A DNA stretch of 64,000 nt, taken from NCBI GenBank assembly GCA_964404925.1, contig CAYOLW010000001.1, positions 105,408-169,407 on the forward strand, in the 5' to 3' direction. Below the pieces are notes generated by a model. That model was not told the origin of the DNA and ran no database searches. It saw only the letters and a list, made by a program, of their open reading frames with translations. Of the stretch, positions 35,985 to 44,502 are shown piece after piece. This DNA is from an uncultured Candidatus Saccharibacteria bacterium. Its GTDB lineage: Bacteria; Patescibacteriota; Minisyncoccia; Phycocordibacterales; UBA9973. Both the position numbers and the translations under genes were made by a program. The first letter of the stretch is position 1. Every line of letters begins with the position of its first letter.

Positions 35985-38771
35985 ATGGATATACTTTCAT
36001 TTAAAGGTGTACCAAAATTCAAAACAGCTGAAGAAGAACTGCATTTTTTACGTAATCAAGTAGCTGAAAAAGAGAAGGCTTTGATCGAGCAAGGTCATTT
36101 TGAACACGCACAAGAAAAAGCTATAACCAGTACAATTGCTGAATATAAAAATATTCCAGTAGACGATGTTGTCCATAAAGAGAATGCAATCAAAGAAGAA
36201 GATACTGAAAACATTGTACTTAAGCTAAGACCTGAAACACACGATACCGTTATGGAAGAACTGTTAGGTTTAATGATTACTAAGGGTATTAGGAATGTGA
36301 TGTCTGTGGTTGAGTCAATGAATGATCCACATATTGATGATGACTTCCACAGATTACTGATTCAATATTTAAAAACTGGCCAAGCAATCCCAGGCATGAT
36401 TGATGGTTCACCTCTTTGGAAGCAGCTCAACATGACTCTTTTTGAAGTTACGTTACCAGCGCCTAAGGATGAGGCAGATAAAAGCAAAGGATTTAAAGAA
36501 TTCATTGGTGCCATGGAGCAGTTCTATGCTGGTATGCACTCCATATCTGGAGACCCACGTAATTTAAAAGAAAACTATTTTACTTTAGAAATTGCACTTT
36601 CTAGTTCTTCGGATCAGGTGGTGGTATATGCGGCTGTGCCGAATAAGTATTTAGCTTTGTTTGAAAAACAAGTGCTAGCTTTCTATCAAGATGCCAAGGT
36701 AGAGGAAGTGAATGATGACTATAATGTGTTTAGTAGTGGTGGGGTTTCCGTCGGTGCTTATGCGACATTTTCTGAAAAACCAGTTTTACCTATTAAGACC
36801 TATGATGTGATTGATCATGATCCGATGAATACTCTTTTAAATGTATTCTCTAAATTAAAAACCCATGGCGAGGGTGCAGCTATTCAATTAGCTATTGCAC
36901 CGGCTGGAGATAAATTTATTAATGATTTTACTTCTATCTTGCGTGAGGTTAAAAAGGGTACTTCCGTTAAATATGCATCAGACGAATTTTATAAATTCAG
37001 CGCAGCTTTTATCAAGGTTGGACGAGAGATATTTATGGGACATGAGAAGAAAAATGAAGACGGTGAAAAAGCCATGCCGGGACGCCGATCTGTAGATGAA
37101 GGAGCGGCCGAGAAAATAGCTAATAAAATAAAAAGCAGCATCATGCGAGCGAATATTAGATTCGTTGCTTCAGCAGAGACCAAGGAAAGGGCAGAAGCTA
37201 TCCTGGCAGAAATTGAATCTTCTTTCAATCAGTTTACTGAACCAGCTAGTAATTCTTTCTTGTTTGAGAAGTTGAAGGGTAGCGATTTGAAAAAGCTATT
37301 CCACGACTACTCATACCGTGCCTTTAATCCAGATAAAGTAATGCCAATGAACCTAAAAGAGCTTGCTTCAGTTTTCCACTTCCCAGTTGGTATTGGTTCA
37401 CAACCTGCACTTAAAGAAGCAAAGGCTGGTATGGCACCTGCGCCTATGGAGCTGTCTACTGGTCCAGCCAAGGATGGTATATTGCTCGGTATTAATAGTT
37501 ATCGAGGTAAAGATACAGAGATTTGGATGTCTAGAGAAGATCGTATGCGTCATATGTATGTAATCGGACAGACCGGTACCGGTAAGACCACCATATTGAA
37601 AAACATGATTGCTCAAGATATCAAAAACGGCGATGGTTGCTGTTTTATTGATCCGCACGGTACGGATGTTCAGGAAATATTGTCTTATGTTCCCAAAGAA
37701 CGTATGGATGATGTTATCTACTTTGACCCTGCCTACACAGCTCGTCCGATGGGACTTAACCTACTTGAGTATGATCCAAATTACCCTGAACAGAAAACAT
37801 TCGTGGTAAACGAACTTATGGGAATTTTCAATAAACTTTTTGATATGAAAGTTGGTGGTGGTGCGATGTTTGAACAGTATTTCCGTAACAGTGCATTTCT
37901 AGTGATGGAAGATCCAGATTCAGGTTCAACATTGCTTGAAATTACTCGGGTCCTGGCCGACAAAAACTTCCGTGACATGAAACTCGCCAAGTGTAAAAAT
38001 CCAATCATCAAACAATTCTGGATTTCAGCTGAGGAGACTACTGGTGATCAATCATTGGCAAACTTCGTTCCATATATTTCTTCAAAGTTTGATAACTTTA
38101 TTTCTAACGACATTATGCGTCCGGTGGTATTGCAGCAGAATTCTGTATTTGATTTTCGTAAGATTATGGATGAGAAGAAAATACTCTTGGTAAACCTCTC
38201 AAAGGGTAGACTAGGGGACATTAATGCGAACCTGATTGGTCTTGTGCTAGTGGGTAAGATTCAGATGGCTGCACTTTCTCGTGTGGACATGTTTGGTAAG
38301 AAGATGAATGACTTCTATCTATATATCGACGAGTTCCAGAACGTAACAACTGATTCTATTGCTTCTATACTTTCTGAAGCTCGTAAATACCGCCTGTCAC
38401 TCAACGTTGCCCACCAGTATATTTCTCAGCTTGAGGATAATATTAAAAATGCTGTTTTCGGTAACGTAGGATCTATGGCTATATATCGTATTTCGCCAGA
38501 GGACGCTAATTTCGTGGAGCCTAAATTTAAACCAATGTTTACTGCGAATGATATTACTAAACTTGATAACTTTAATTCTTATGTAAACATGTTGGTGCGA
38601 GGTACACCAGTAAAACCATTCTCGATGACGTCCCACTGGACACTCCTCGGAGATAAGGGAAATCCAGATATTGTTGAGCCACTCAAAGAACTTTCGTATT
38701 TAAAATACGGTCGTCCTCGAGAAGAGGTCGAGTCAGAAATATTAGCACGATACGATTCGTTGAAATCGTAG
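35985..38771 (+). CDS. Large (928 aa) P-loop NTPase. The C-terminal half resembles a TraD/TraG/VirD4 (type IV coupling protein, AAA_10-like) ATPase. The ~500-aa N-terminal region has no recognised family and no predicted TM helices.
   Basis: Walker A is HMYVIGQTGTGKTT, followed by DPHG. Walker B plus the sensor reads LYIDEFQN...ARKYRLSLNVAHQYISQL, which fits the T4CP DEF..QL pattern. Confidence 0.55.
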   Translation: MDILSFKGVPKFKTAEEELHFLRNQVAEKEKALIEQGHFEHAQEKAITSTIAEYKNIPVDDVVHKENAIKEEDTENIVLKLRPETHDTVMEELLGLMITKGIRNVMSVVESMNDPHIDDDFHRLLIQYLKTGQAIPGMIDGSPLWKQLNMTLFEVTLPAPKDEADKSKGFKEFIGAMEQFYAGMHSISGDPRNLKENYFTLEIALSSSSDQVVVYAAVPNKYLALFEKQVLAFYQDAKVEEVNDDYNVFSSGGVSVGAYATFSEKPVLPIKTYDVIDHDPMNTLLNVFSKLKTHGEGAAIQLAIAPAGDKFINDFTSILREVKKGTSVKYASDEFYKFSAAFIKVGREIFMGHEKKNEDGEKAMPGRRSVDEGAAEKIANKIKSSIMRANIRFVASAETKERAEAILAEIESSFNQFTEPASNSFLFEKLKGSDLKKLFHDYSYRAFNPDKVMPMNLKELASVFHFPVGIGSQPALKEAKAGMAPAPMELSTGPAKDGILLGINSYRGKDTEIWMSREDRMRHMYVIGQTGTGKTTILKNMIAQDIKNGDGCCFIDPHGTDVQEILSYVPKERMDDVIYFDPAYTARPMGLNLLEYDPNYPEQKTFVVNELMGIFNKLFDMKVGGGAMFEQYFRNSAFLVMEDPDSGSTLLEITRVLADKNFRDMKLAKCKNPIIKQFWISAEETTGDQSLANFVPYISSKFDNFISNDIMRPVVLQQNSVFDFRKIMDEKKILLVNLSKGRLGDINANLIGLVLVGKIQMAALSRVDMFGKKMNDFYLYIDEFQNVTTDSIASILSEARKYRLSLNVAHQYISQLEDNIKNAVFGNVGSMAIYRISPEDANFVEPKFKPMFTANDITKLDNFNSYVNMLVRGTPVKPFSMTSHWTLLGDKGNPDIVEPLKELSYLKYGRPREEVESEILARYDSLKS

Positions 38772-38779
38772 TTGTATAA

Positions 38780-39310
38780 ATGAAGAAAGTCGTTATTGCA
38801 TCGGAAAACCCAACCAAGATTGAAGCAGCTAGGCTGACTTTTGCTGCTGTATTTCCGGATGAGGTTTTTGAATTTGTTGGGGTTAAATCTGATTCTGGTG
38901 TTCCAGATCAACCAATGAATGAGCAAACTCGAAAAGGCGCTGAAAACAGATTGGCTTTTATTCGTGAAAAATATCCAGATGCAGACTATTGGATGAGCCA
39001 AGAAGGTGGAACTTTTGAAGAAGGGGATAAACTGTATAACCGAGCTTGGATTATGGTATGTGATAAAGATGGTTTTGTGGGCGAAAGTTCTACTTCTCAT
39101 TTTTATTTACCAACTGAGATGGTTAGCCATATTCGTAATGGCTTAGAAATGGGTCATGCTGGAGATAAATTTTTTAATACCCAGAATATAAAACACTCAA
39201 ATGGAGTTGTTGGTGAATTAACCCGCGGTGTGTATTCTAGAGCAGAATACTACTCACAGGCAGGGATAATCGCACTATCTACAGTGGTGCATAAAGAATG
39301 GTTTAACTAA
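38780..39310 (+). CDS. yjjX: Non-canonical purine NTP phosphatase (inosine/xanthosine triphosphatase, YjjX family)
   Basis: SENPTKI, GVPDQP, TRKGAENR and GELTRGVYSRAEYYSQAGIIALS closely parallel YjjX. Confidence 0.75.
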   Translation: MKKVVIASENPTKIEAARLTFAAVFPDEVFEFVGVKSDSGVPDQPMNEQTRKGAENRLAFIREKYPDADYWMSQEGGTFEEGDKLYNRAWIMVCDKDGFVGESSTSHFYLPTEMVSHIRNGLEMGHAGDKFFNTQNIKHSNGVVGELTRGVYSRAEYYSQAGIIALSTVVHKEWFN

Positions 39311-39311
39311 G

Positions 39312-39340
39312 TTGTAGAATATAGATAAATCTGCTAATAT
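39312..39340 (+). promoter_or_regulatory. Promoter candidate for ndk (TTGTAG -17- TAATAT; extended -10 ATCTGCTAATAT)
   Basis: The AAATCTGCTAATAT stretch is identical to the tuf promoter -10 region. Confidence 0.5.
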
Positions 39341-39368
39341 AGCGTTATTATTAACTATTTTTAAAGTT

Positions 39369-39884
39369 ATGCAATTAGAACGTACGCTTATTGTTTTTAA
39401 ACCAGATGCTGTGTCTCGTGGGGTTGTTGGAGAAATTTTAGCTCGTTTTGAAAAAGTTGGGCTCAAAATCATTGGATCAAAAATGCTGAAACCAGATTAT
39501 GATCACTTCTTTCATCACTACGAAAACATTGGGAAAGTTATATCTCGCCGTGGGCAGAAAGTTTTTGATATAACCCTTGAAATGATGACCACTGGTCCTG
39601 TTATCGCTTTTGTGCTTGAAGGTATTGAAGCAGCAGCCCTTGTACGCAAGATGGTTGGTGCTACAGAACCTAAGTCAGCTTTGCCTGGAACTATTCGTGG
39701 AGATTATTCACATATTAGTTACGGTTATGCAGATCAAAACGAGGTAGGTATACCTAATTTGATTCATGCTTCTGGTGATGCAGAAGAAGCCAAGCAAGAA
39801 ATCGCTCACTGGTTTTCAGAAAATGAATTATTCGACTACGAAACAGTGCACGAGAAGTTTACTCAAGTGAAAAAGAAAAACTAG
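39369..39884 (+). CDS. ndk: Nucleoside diphosphate kinase
   Basis: ERTLIVFKPDAV.RG..G.I..RFE..GL and the GSD...A..E C-terminal region match NDK. Confidence 0.9.
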   Translation: MQLERTLIVFKPDAVSRGVVGEILARFEKVGLKIIGSKMLKPDYDHFFHHYENIGKVISRRGQKVFDITLEMMTTGPVIAFVLEGIEAAALVRKMVGATEPKSALPGTIRGDYSHISYGYADQNEVGIPNLIHASGDAEEAKQEIAHWFSENELFDYETVHEKFTQVKKKN

Positions 39885-40089
39885 TTTTATCTTGTCAACT
39901 TGTTTTTTAAATATTTCGTGTTTTTTTAAAAAATTTTCTTGCAAAATTTTTTGCAGTAGGTAATATACAAGTAGGGTTATTTTTGATTATTACCTAGAAC
40001 ACTTTTTTCAGGGAGAATCGATCGAATATGACTTTGGTCACATACGTCTTTCACCCACTTAGCTTAAAACGCTATGGTAATAAGTTGAA

Positions 40090-40170
40090 GATAGCCCTAA
40101 GAAACATCCGCCTCAATGGCGGATTTTTCTTTGCGCCTCCTCGGTGCATTCGCCGTTGAGGCGAATTGAT
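40090..40170 (+). promoter_or_regulatory. Candidate structured leader or attenuator upstream of the membrane protein gene. A terminator-like hairpin (atccgcctcaatggcggat+ttttt) has alternative pairing partners (cgcctcaatggcg versus cgccgttgaggcg).
   Basis: The hairpin and the mutually exclusive complementary segments can be seen directly in the sequence. Confidence 0.35.
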
Positions 40171-40193
40171 AATTGGGATATAATTAAAAGTAT

Positions 40194-40613
40194 ATGAATC
40201 GGAAGAAGTTGTTTAATCGTCTGGCAAGTCTCGTGATTTTTATATCACTCATTAATTTTCTAGCGATAAAATTTCATTGGTACTACTCTATCTGGTGGTT
40301 TGATATGCCGATGCATTTCCTTGGAGGTATGTGGGTAGGACTTTTCCATATATGGTATTTAATACACCGAGAACTCTCGGCTAAGGAGATTGGGCAAGTT
40401 ATTCTGGGTGTGTTTATTGTAGCTTTCGCTTGGGAGGCTTTTGAATTTATTTTAAATGCTCAAACGGTAAAAAATGCCTTTGATTTACGGGATACAGTAT
40501 CTGACCTGTTCTTTGGTCTATCGGGTGGATTTACTGCAATATTCTATGTGTTTCTAAGGATTATGAACATTCCAAAAAGTACGCTACAATTCTATAATGC
40601 AGAAAAAAATTAA
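40194..40613 (+). CDS. Hypothetical integral membrane protein, possibly VanZ-like
   Basis: A 139-aa protein with 3-4 TM helices and an FDLRD...SD...G.SGG motif reminiscent of the VanZ family. Weak assignment. Confidence 0.4.
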   Translation: MNRKKLFNRLASLVIFISLINFLAIKFHWYYSIWWFDMPMHFLGGMWVGLFHIWYLIHRELSAKEIGQVILGVFIVAFAWEAFEFILNAQTVKNAFDLRDTVSDLFFGLSGGFTAIFYVFLRIMNIPKSTLQFYNAEKN

Positions 40614-41961
40614 GATAACCTTTTGCGGCGGAGCAGGATCAGTAACTGGCGCCAATTTTTTAATAGAAGTTGAAAATAAAAAAATTCTTGTAGACTGTGG
40701 ATTACAGCAGGGGACAAAAATGGCCGATGAAGTAAACTGGCAGCCATTTGCCTATGACGCACACTCTATTGATATTTTGTTTGTTACGCATGCTCACATA
40801 GACCACTTGGGCAGGGTACCGAAATTAATTGAGGATGGTTTTGCTGGCAAAATATATTCCACATTACCGACCAAAGCACTCGCTTTGCCTATGCTTGAAG
40901 ACACTGCTTTTATTCTAGGACATAATCACGAACTTAATTTGGGTGAGATTTATAGTGATCATAATTTAAAAACGGCATTGTCCCTATGGGAAGGCTTTCC
41001 ATACTACGAGAAGACTGAGATAACACCAGAATTATCTTTCACCTTATACAATGCTGGGCACATATTGGGTTCTGCGATGATTGCTTTTGACTACAATGGT
41101 AAAAGAATTTTGTTTACTGGAGATTTGGGTAATAGTCCTTCACCAATTTTACCAGACACTGATAAGGTGGAAAACGTAGATTACTTGATTATGGAATCCG
41201 TATATGGAGACAGAAATCATGAATCAAGAGACGAACGTAAAAAAATGCTTGAAACGGTTATTGAAGATAACTATAAACGTAAGGGTACACTCATGCTACC
41301 AACTTTCTCACTAGAGCGTTCACAAGAATTACTCTTTGAACTTAATGATTTGGTAGAAAACAAACGAATTCCAATGATGCCGATATTTTTTGATTCTCCT
41401 CTGGCTATTCGTTTGACCGAGATATTTAAACAATTCAAAGACTATTTCAATGAAAATGCACAGAAAGCTATGGTGCATGACAAGTATATTTTTGAATTTC
41501 CAGGCTTAAAAACAACATTAAAAACCGAGGAATCAAAAATGATTGTGAATACCCCAGATCCAAAGGTCATCATTGCTGGTAGTGGTATGTCCAATGGTGG
41601 TAGAATAGTGCACCACGAGAAGGAATACTTACCAAGTGCTAAAAATACGTTGTTGTTAACTGGTTACCAGTCAGCAGGAACCTTGGGTAGACTTATTCAG
41701 GAAGGTGTAAAAACCGTTAGAATAGCCGGTGAAGAGGTTAAGGTAAAAGCCAATATTGTTACCATACTTGGATATTCTGGGCACAAAGATTCTGATGGAT
41801 TGGTTAATTTTGTCTCAGATATGCAGGATACTCTGCAGAAAGTTTTTGTTGTAATGGGTGAACCTAAATCCTCGATGTTCTTGGTTCAAAAGTTGAAAGA
41901 CAACTTAGGACTTGATGCGGTTATGCCACAAGAAGGCGATAGTATTACGCTCGAGTTATAA
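40597..41961 (+). CDS. MBL-fold metallo-hydrolase of the beta-CASP ribonuclease type (CPSF/RNase J-like)
   Basis: VDCG, THAHIDHLG (HxHxDH), GD..N and H..D in a 454-aa protein typical of bacterial beta-CASP RNases. Confidence 0.7.
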   Translation: MQKKIKITFCGGAGSVTGANFLIEVENKKILVDCGLQQGTKMADEVNWQPFAYDAHSIDILFVTHAHIDHLGRVPKLIEDGFAGKIYSTLPTKALALPMLEDTAFILGHNHELNLGEIYSDHNLKTALSLWEGFPYYEKTEITPELSFTLYNAGHILGSAMIAFDYNGKRILFTGDLGNSPSPILPDTDKVENVDYLIMESVYGDRNHESRDERKKMLETVIEDNYKRKGTLMLPTFSLERSQELLFELNDLVENKRIPMMPIFFDSPLAIRLTEIFKQFKDYFNENAQKAMVHDKYIFEFPGLKTTLKTEESKMIVNTPDPKVIIAGSGMSNGGRIVHHEKEYLPSAKNTLLLTGYQSAGTLGRLIQEGVKTVRIAGEEVKVKANIVTILGYSGHKDSDGLVNFVSDMQDTLQKVFVVMGEPKSSMFLVQKLKDNLGLDAVMPQEGDSITLEL

Positions 41962-41983
41962 TATTAATATATAATATTCAAGA

Positions 41984-42589
41984 ATGGACGCACTAAAGAA
42001 AAATCCATACGACAAACACGGACATCAACAGATTAAAATTTGTGTAGCTGGTGCAGCGGAAACAGGTATCTGTGGTATTGATGCGTTAGACAAAGCCAAG
42101 GACTTGGGTAAAGAAATAGCTCGCAGTGGTGCCATACTCATAACCGGGGCTACTGGGGGTTTCCCGATGTGGGTGGCTATGGGTGCCAAGGAAGTTGGTG
42201 GATTGGTTATTGGCTTTTCTCCAGCAGCCAATGAGAACGAACATGCGAATATATACAAGCTTCCATTAGATTATCTAGATTTGGTTGTTTATACTGGGTT
42301 TGGTTATCCTGGACGAGATATACTAATGACTCGTTCTGCTGATGCTGTTATTTGCGGTTGTGGACGCATTGGTACAGTGCATACATTCACTGTAGCTTTC
42401 GAAGAAAATAAACCTATTGGTATTTATAAGGGACCTTGGGAGACCGGGGAGGAGCTTGAAGAAATACTAAAGAAGAGTCAGCATAGCAGAGAAAAAATAT
42501 TTACCGGCGATGAACCTAAAAAATTACTACAAGATATAATAACGGCTGTCCGTAAAGAAAAGGTAGAGGAATATAAAATAGTAAATTAA
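41984..42589 (+). CDS. LOG/TIGR00725-family Rossmann-fold nucleotide-binding protein
   Basis: GAAETG...ITGATGGFPMWVAMGAKEVGGLVIGFSP is a SLOG/LOG-like signature. Confidence 0.6.
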   Translation: MDALKKNPYDKHGHQQIKICVAGAAETGICGIDALDKAKDLGKEIARSGAILITGATGGFPMWVAMGAKEVGGLVIGFSPAANENEHANIYKLPLDYLDLVVYTGFGYPGRDILMTRSADAVICGCGRIGTVHTFTVAFEENKPIGIYKGPWETGEELEEILKKSQHSREKIFTGDEPKKLLQDIITAVRKEKVEEYKIVN

Positions 42590-42617
42590 ACCCCGTCGCT
42601 CGCGAGCGACGGGGTTT
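42588..42617. terminator. Bidirectional intrinsic terminator (aaaccccgtcgctcgcgagcgacggggttt)
   Basis: A perfect 12-bp palindrome flanked by an A-run and a T-run, between convergent genes. Confidence 0.7.
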
Positions 42618-42648
42618 AATTGGGTGGTGGTGAATTAATCAGATATTA

Positions 42649-42993
42649 TTACTTCGCCTTGATCAGAACTCTTTTGAATGTTTCTGGATTGTTTTCGGCT
42701 AGGTTGGCTAGGATTTTGCGATCAAGGGCGATTTTGTTTTTCTTTAAAGCGGCGATAAGCTTGGAGTAGGTAATACCGTTCTCTCGGCCAGCTGCGTTAA
42801 TCTTTAGATTCCATAGCTTACGGAAGTCTGACTTCTTGTCCTTGCGGTGAGCGAAAGCATAGGTACCAGCGTGCAGTAATCCTTCTTTTGCTTGTCGTTC
42901 CTTGCTACTGCGTCCGTGCCTAAAGCCTTTTGCCTGCTTTAGAATACTTCTCCTTCTTTTTAATGCGTGAACTCCTTTCTTAACTCTTGTCAT
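42649..42993 (-). CDS. rplT: 50S ribosomal protein L20
   Basis: MTRVKKGVHALKRRRSILKQAKGFRHGRS matches L20. Confidence 0.93.
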   Translation of the reverse strand: MTRVKKGVHALKRRRSILKQAKGFRHGRSSKERQAKEGLLHAGTYAFAHRKDKKSDFRKLWNLKINAAGRENGITYSKLIAALKKNKIALDRKILANLAENNPETFKRVLIKAK

Positions 42994-43011
42994 GGTAGAT
43001 TTCTACTGTTT

Positions 43012-43197
43012 TTAGCTAAATGGTAATAAATGGCTTTTTGGCTTGTTCTTCATTATGAAGTTGGTGCCTTTCTTGCCGGCTAATTGGGTACTGCGAGATT
43101 GCTTGGCGTTAAAGTGGTTAAAGCCAGGCTTTCGTGCAATCAATTTTCCCGTTTTTGTTAACTTCAGTCTTTTTGTAAATGACTTATTTGTTTTCAT
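43012..43197 (-). CDS. rpmI: 50S ribosomal protein L35
   Basis: A 61-aa basic protein (MKTNKSFTKRLKLTKTGKL..RK) located between infC and rplT, as in the conserved infC-rpmI-rplT operon. Confidence 0.85.
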   Translation of the reverse strand: MKTNKSFTKRLKLTKTGKLIARKPGFNHFNAKQSRSTQLAGKKGTNFIMKNKPKSHLLPFS

Positions 43198-43205
43198 AAA
43201 AAATA

Positions 43206-43712
43206 TTATTTGGCTTTCTCGATTGTTATTGTTAGCCCTTTTGGACCTTTTTTATAATTTTCTGCTATCTTGTAGTTTTCTGTAATTAAATGTAGTACTC
43301 TATCCAACCTTTCTCTTAGGAACCTTTCATCCATGAATTTGGTACGGCCGGTTAGATACAATTCTATTTTTATTCGATGACCTTCTTTAATCCACTTAGA
43401 AGCAGTTTTGGCTTTAAGTCCTAAATCGTGATCACCGGTACCGATTTTAATCTGAATAGATTTGGTTTCGGTTGGCTTTGCGCCTTGTTTGTTTTTCTTT
43501 AATTTTTTGCTTTGTTCGTATTGATACTTACCAAAATCCATTATCTTCGCAACTGGAGGAAGGGCATTAGGCGATATTTCAATAAGGTCTAAATCAGCCG
43601 CCTGGGCTTGTTCCAATGCTTCTTTGAGACTCAAAAGGCCAATATTTTCATTGTTTGGACCGATGACTCGAAGTTCCGCTGCTCGTATTTGGTTGTTGAT
43701 TCGTTCACGCAA
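43206..43712 (-). CDS. infC: Translation initiation factor IF-3
   Basis: RINNQIRAAELRVIGPNNENIG... and a C-terminal IF3 domain. The true start codon may be non-AUG. Confidence 0.9.
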   Translation of the reverse strand: MRERINNQIRAAELRVIGPNNENIGLLSLKEALEQAQAADLDLIEISPNALPPVAKIMDFGKYQYEQSKKLKKNKQGAKPTETKSIQIKIGTGDHDLGLKAKTASKWIKEGHRIKIELYLTGRTKFMDERFLRERLDRVLHLITENYKIAENYKKGPKGLTITIEKAK

Positions 43713-43800
43713 GGCAATAAGCTAAAGCTAGCTAGATATTATCTTAGATTCAAGCGAAAGTCAATAAGCGCAACTTGCTAAACTATGCTAAGCTCAAAGC

Positions 43801-44502
43801 ATGGATAGCCGGTTTCATAAAGACGAAAAAGTGCTTATTTTAGACTTTGACCATACACTGTATGACACAGATGCATTACTACTGTTTGAAATGAGACACC
43901 GGATACTTGATCTGTTTAAAATAAACCAAGAAGTGTGGGAGAGCACTTACGAGGCCGCTGTGATGCGTGGATACACCCTCAAGGTCCACGGTGAGGAAAT
44001 AGCCAAGGTTTTGGGCAAAGACGCTTTGCCGGAGGAAGCTATAGAGAAGCTTGAAGAAGCGATGGATTTCTCAAAATATTTGTATCCGGACACAGTAGAA
44101 TTTATAAACAAGGCCAAGGAGGCAGGATACAAAACCATGATTTTGTCTTTTGGTGCAGAAAGTTGGCAGAAAAAGAAAATACATGCCACTGGGCTTGATT
44201 CGATAGTAGATGTTATTAAATACACTCGTGAACAGGGAGGTAAGGTTGGTGTAATTGGTAAATATACTGAAGGTTGCCGCAAGGTTATGTTCATAGATAA
44301 TTCTGCACGAGAGATAGACAATGTCCGCAGATTCTTGCCCTATATCGAAACATATATCATGAACAGGGTTCCACCTGTGCCTCGGAATAAAGATGAAGAA
44401 AAGTATATGCAAATGCGCTACATGGAATCTAGAAAAATGTCAGAAAAGAAACCTGCCTTTTTGCATAAAAAATGCAAGGATTTAAACGAAGTTAAAATAT
44501 AA
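43801..44502 (+). CDS. HAD-superfamily hydrolase
   Basis: ILDFDHTLYDTD is HAD motif I (DxDxT), and downstream HAD motifs are present. Confidence 0.6.
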   Translation: MDSRFHKDEKVLILDFDHTLYDTDALLLFEMRHRILDLFKINQEVWESTYEAAVMRGYTLKVHGEEIAKVLGKDALPEEAIEKLEEAMDFSKYLYPDTVEFINKAKEAGYKTMILSFGAESWQKKKIHATGLDSIVDVIKYTREQGGKVGVIGKYTEGCRKVMFIDNSAREIDNVRRFLPYIETYIMNRVPPVPRNKDEEKYMQMRYMESRKMSEKKPAFLHKKCKDLNEVKI

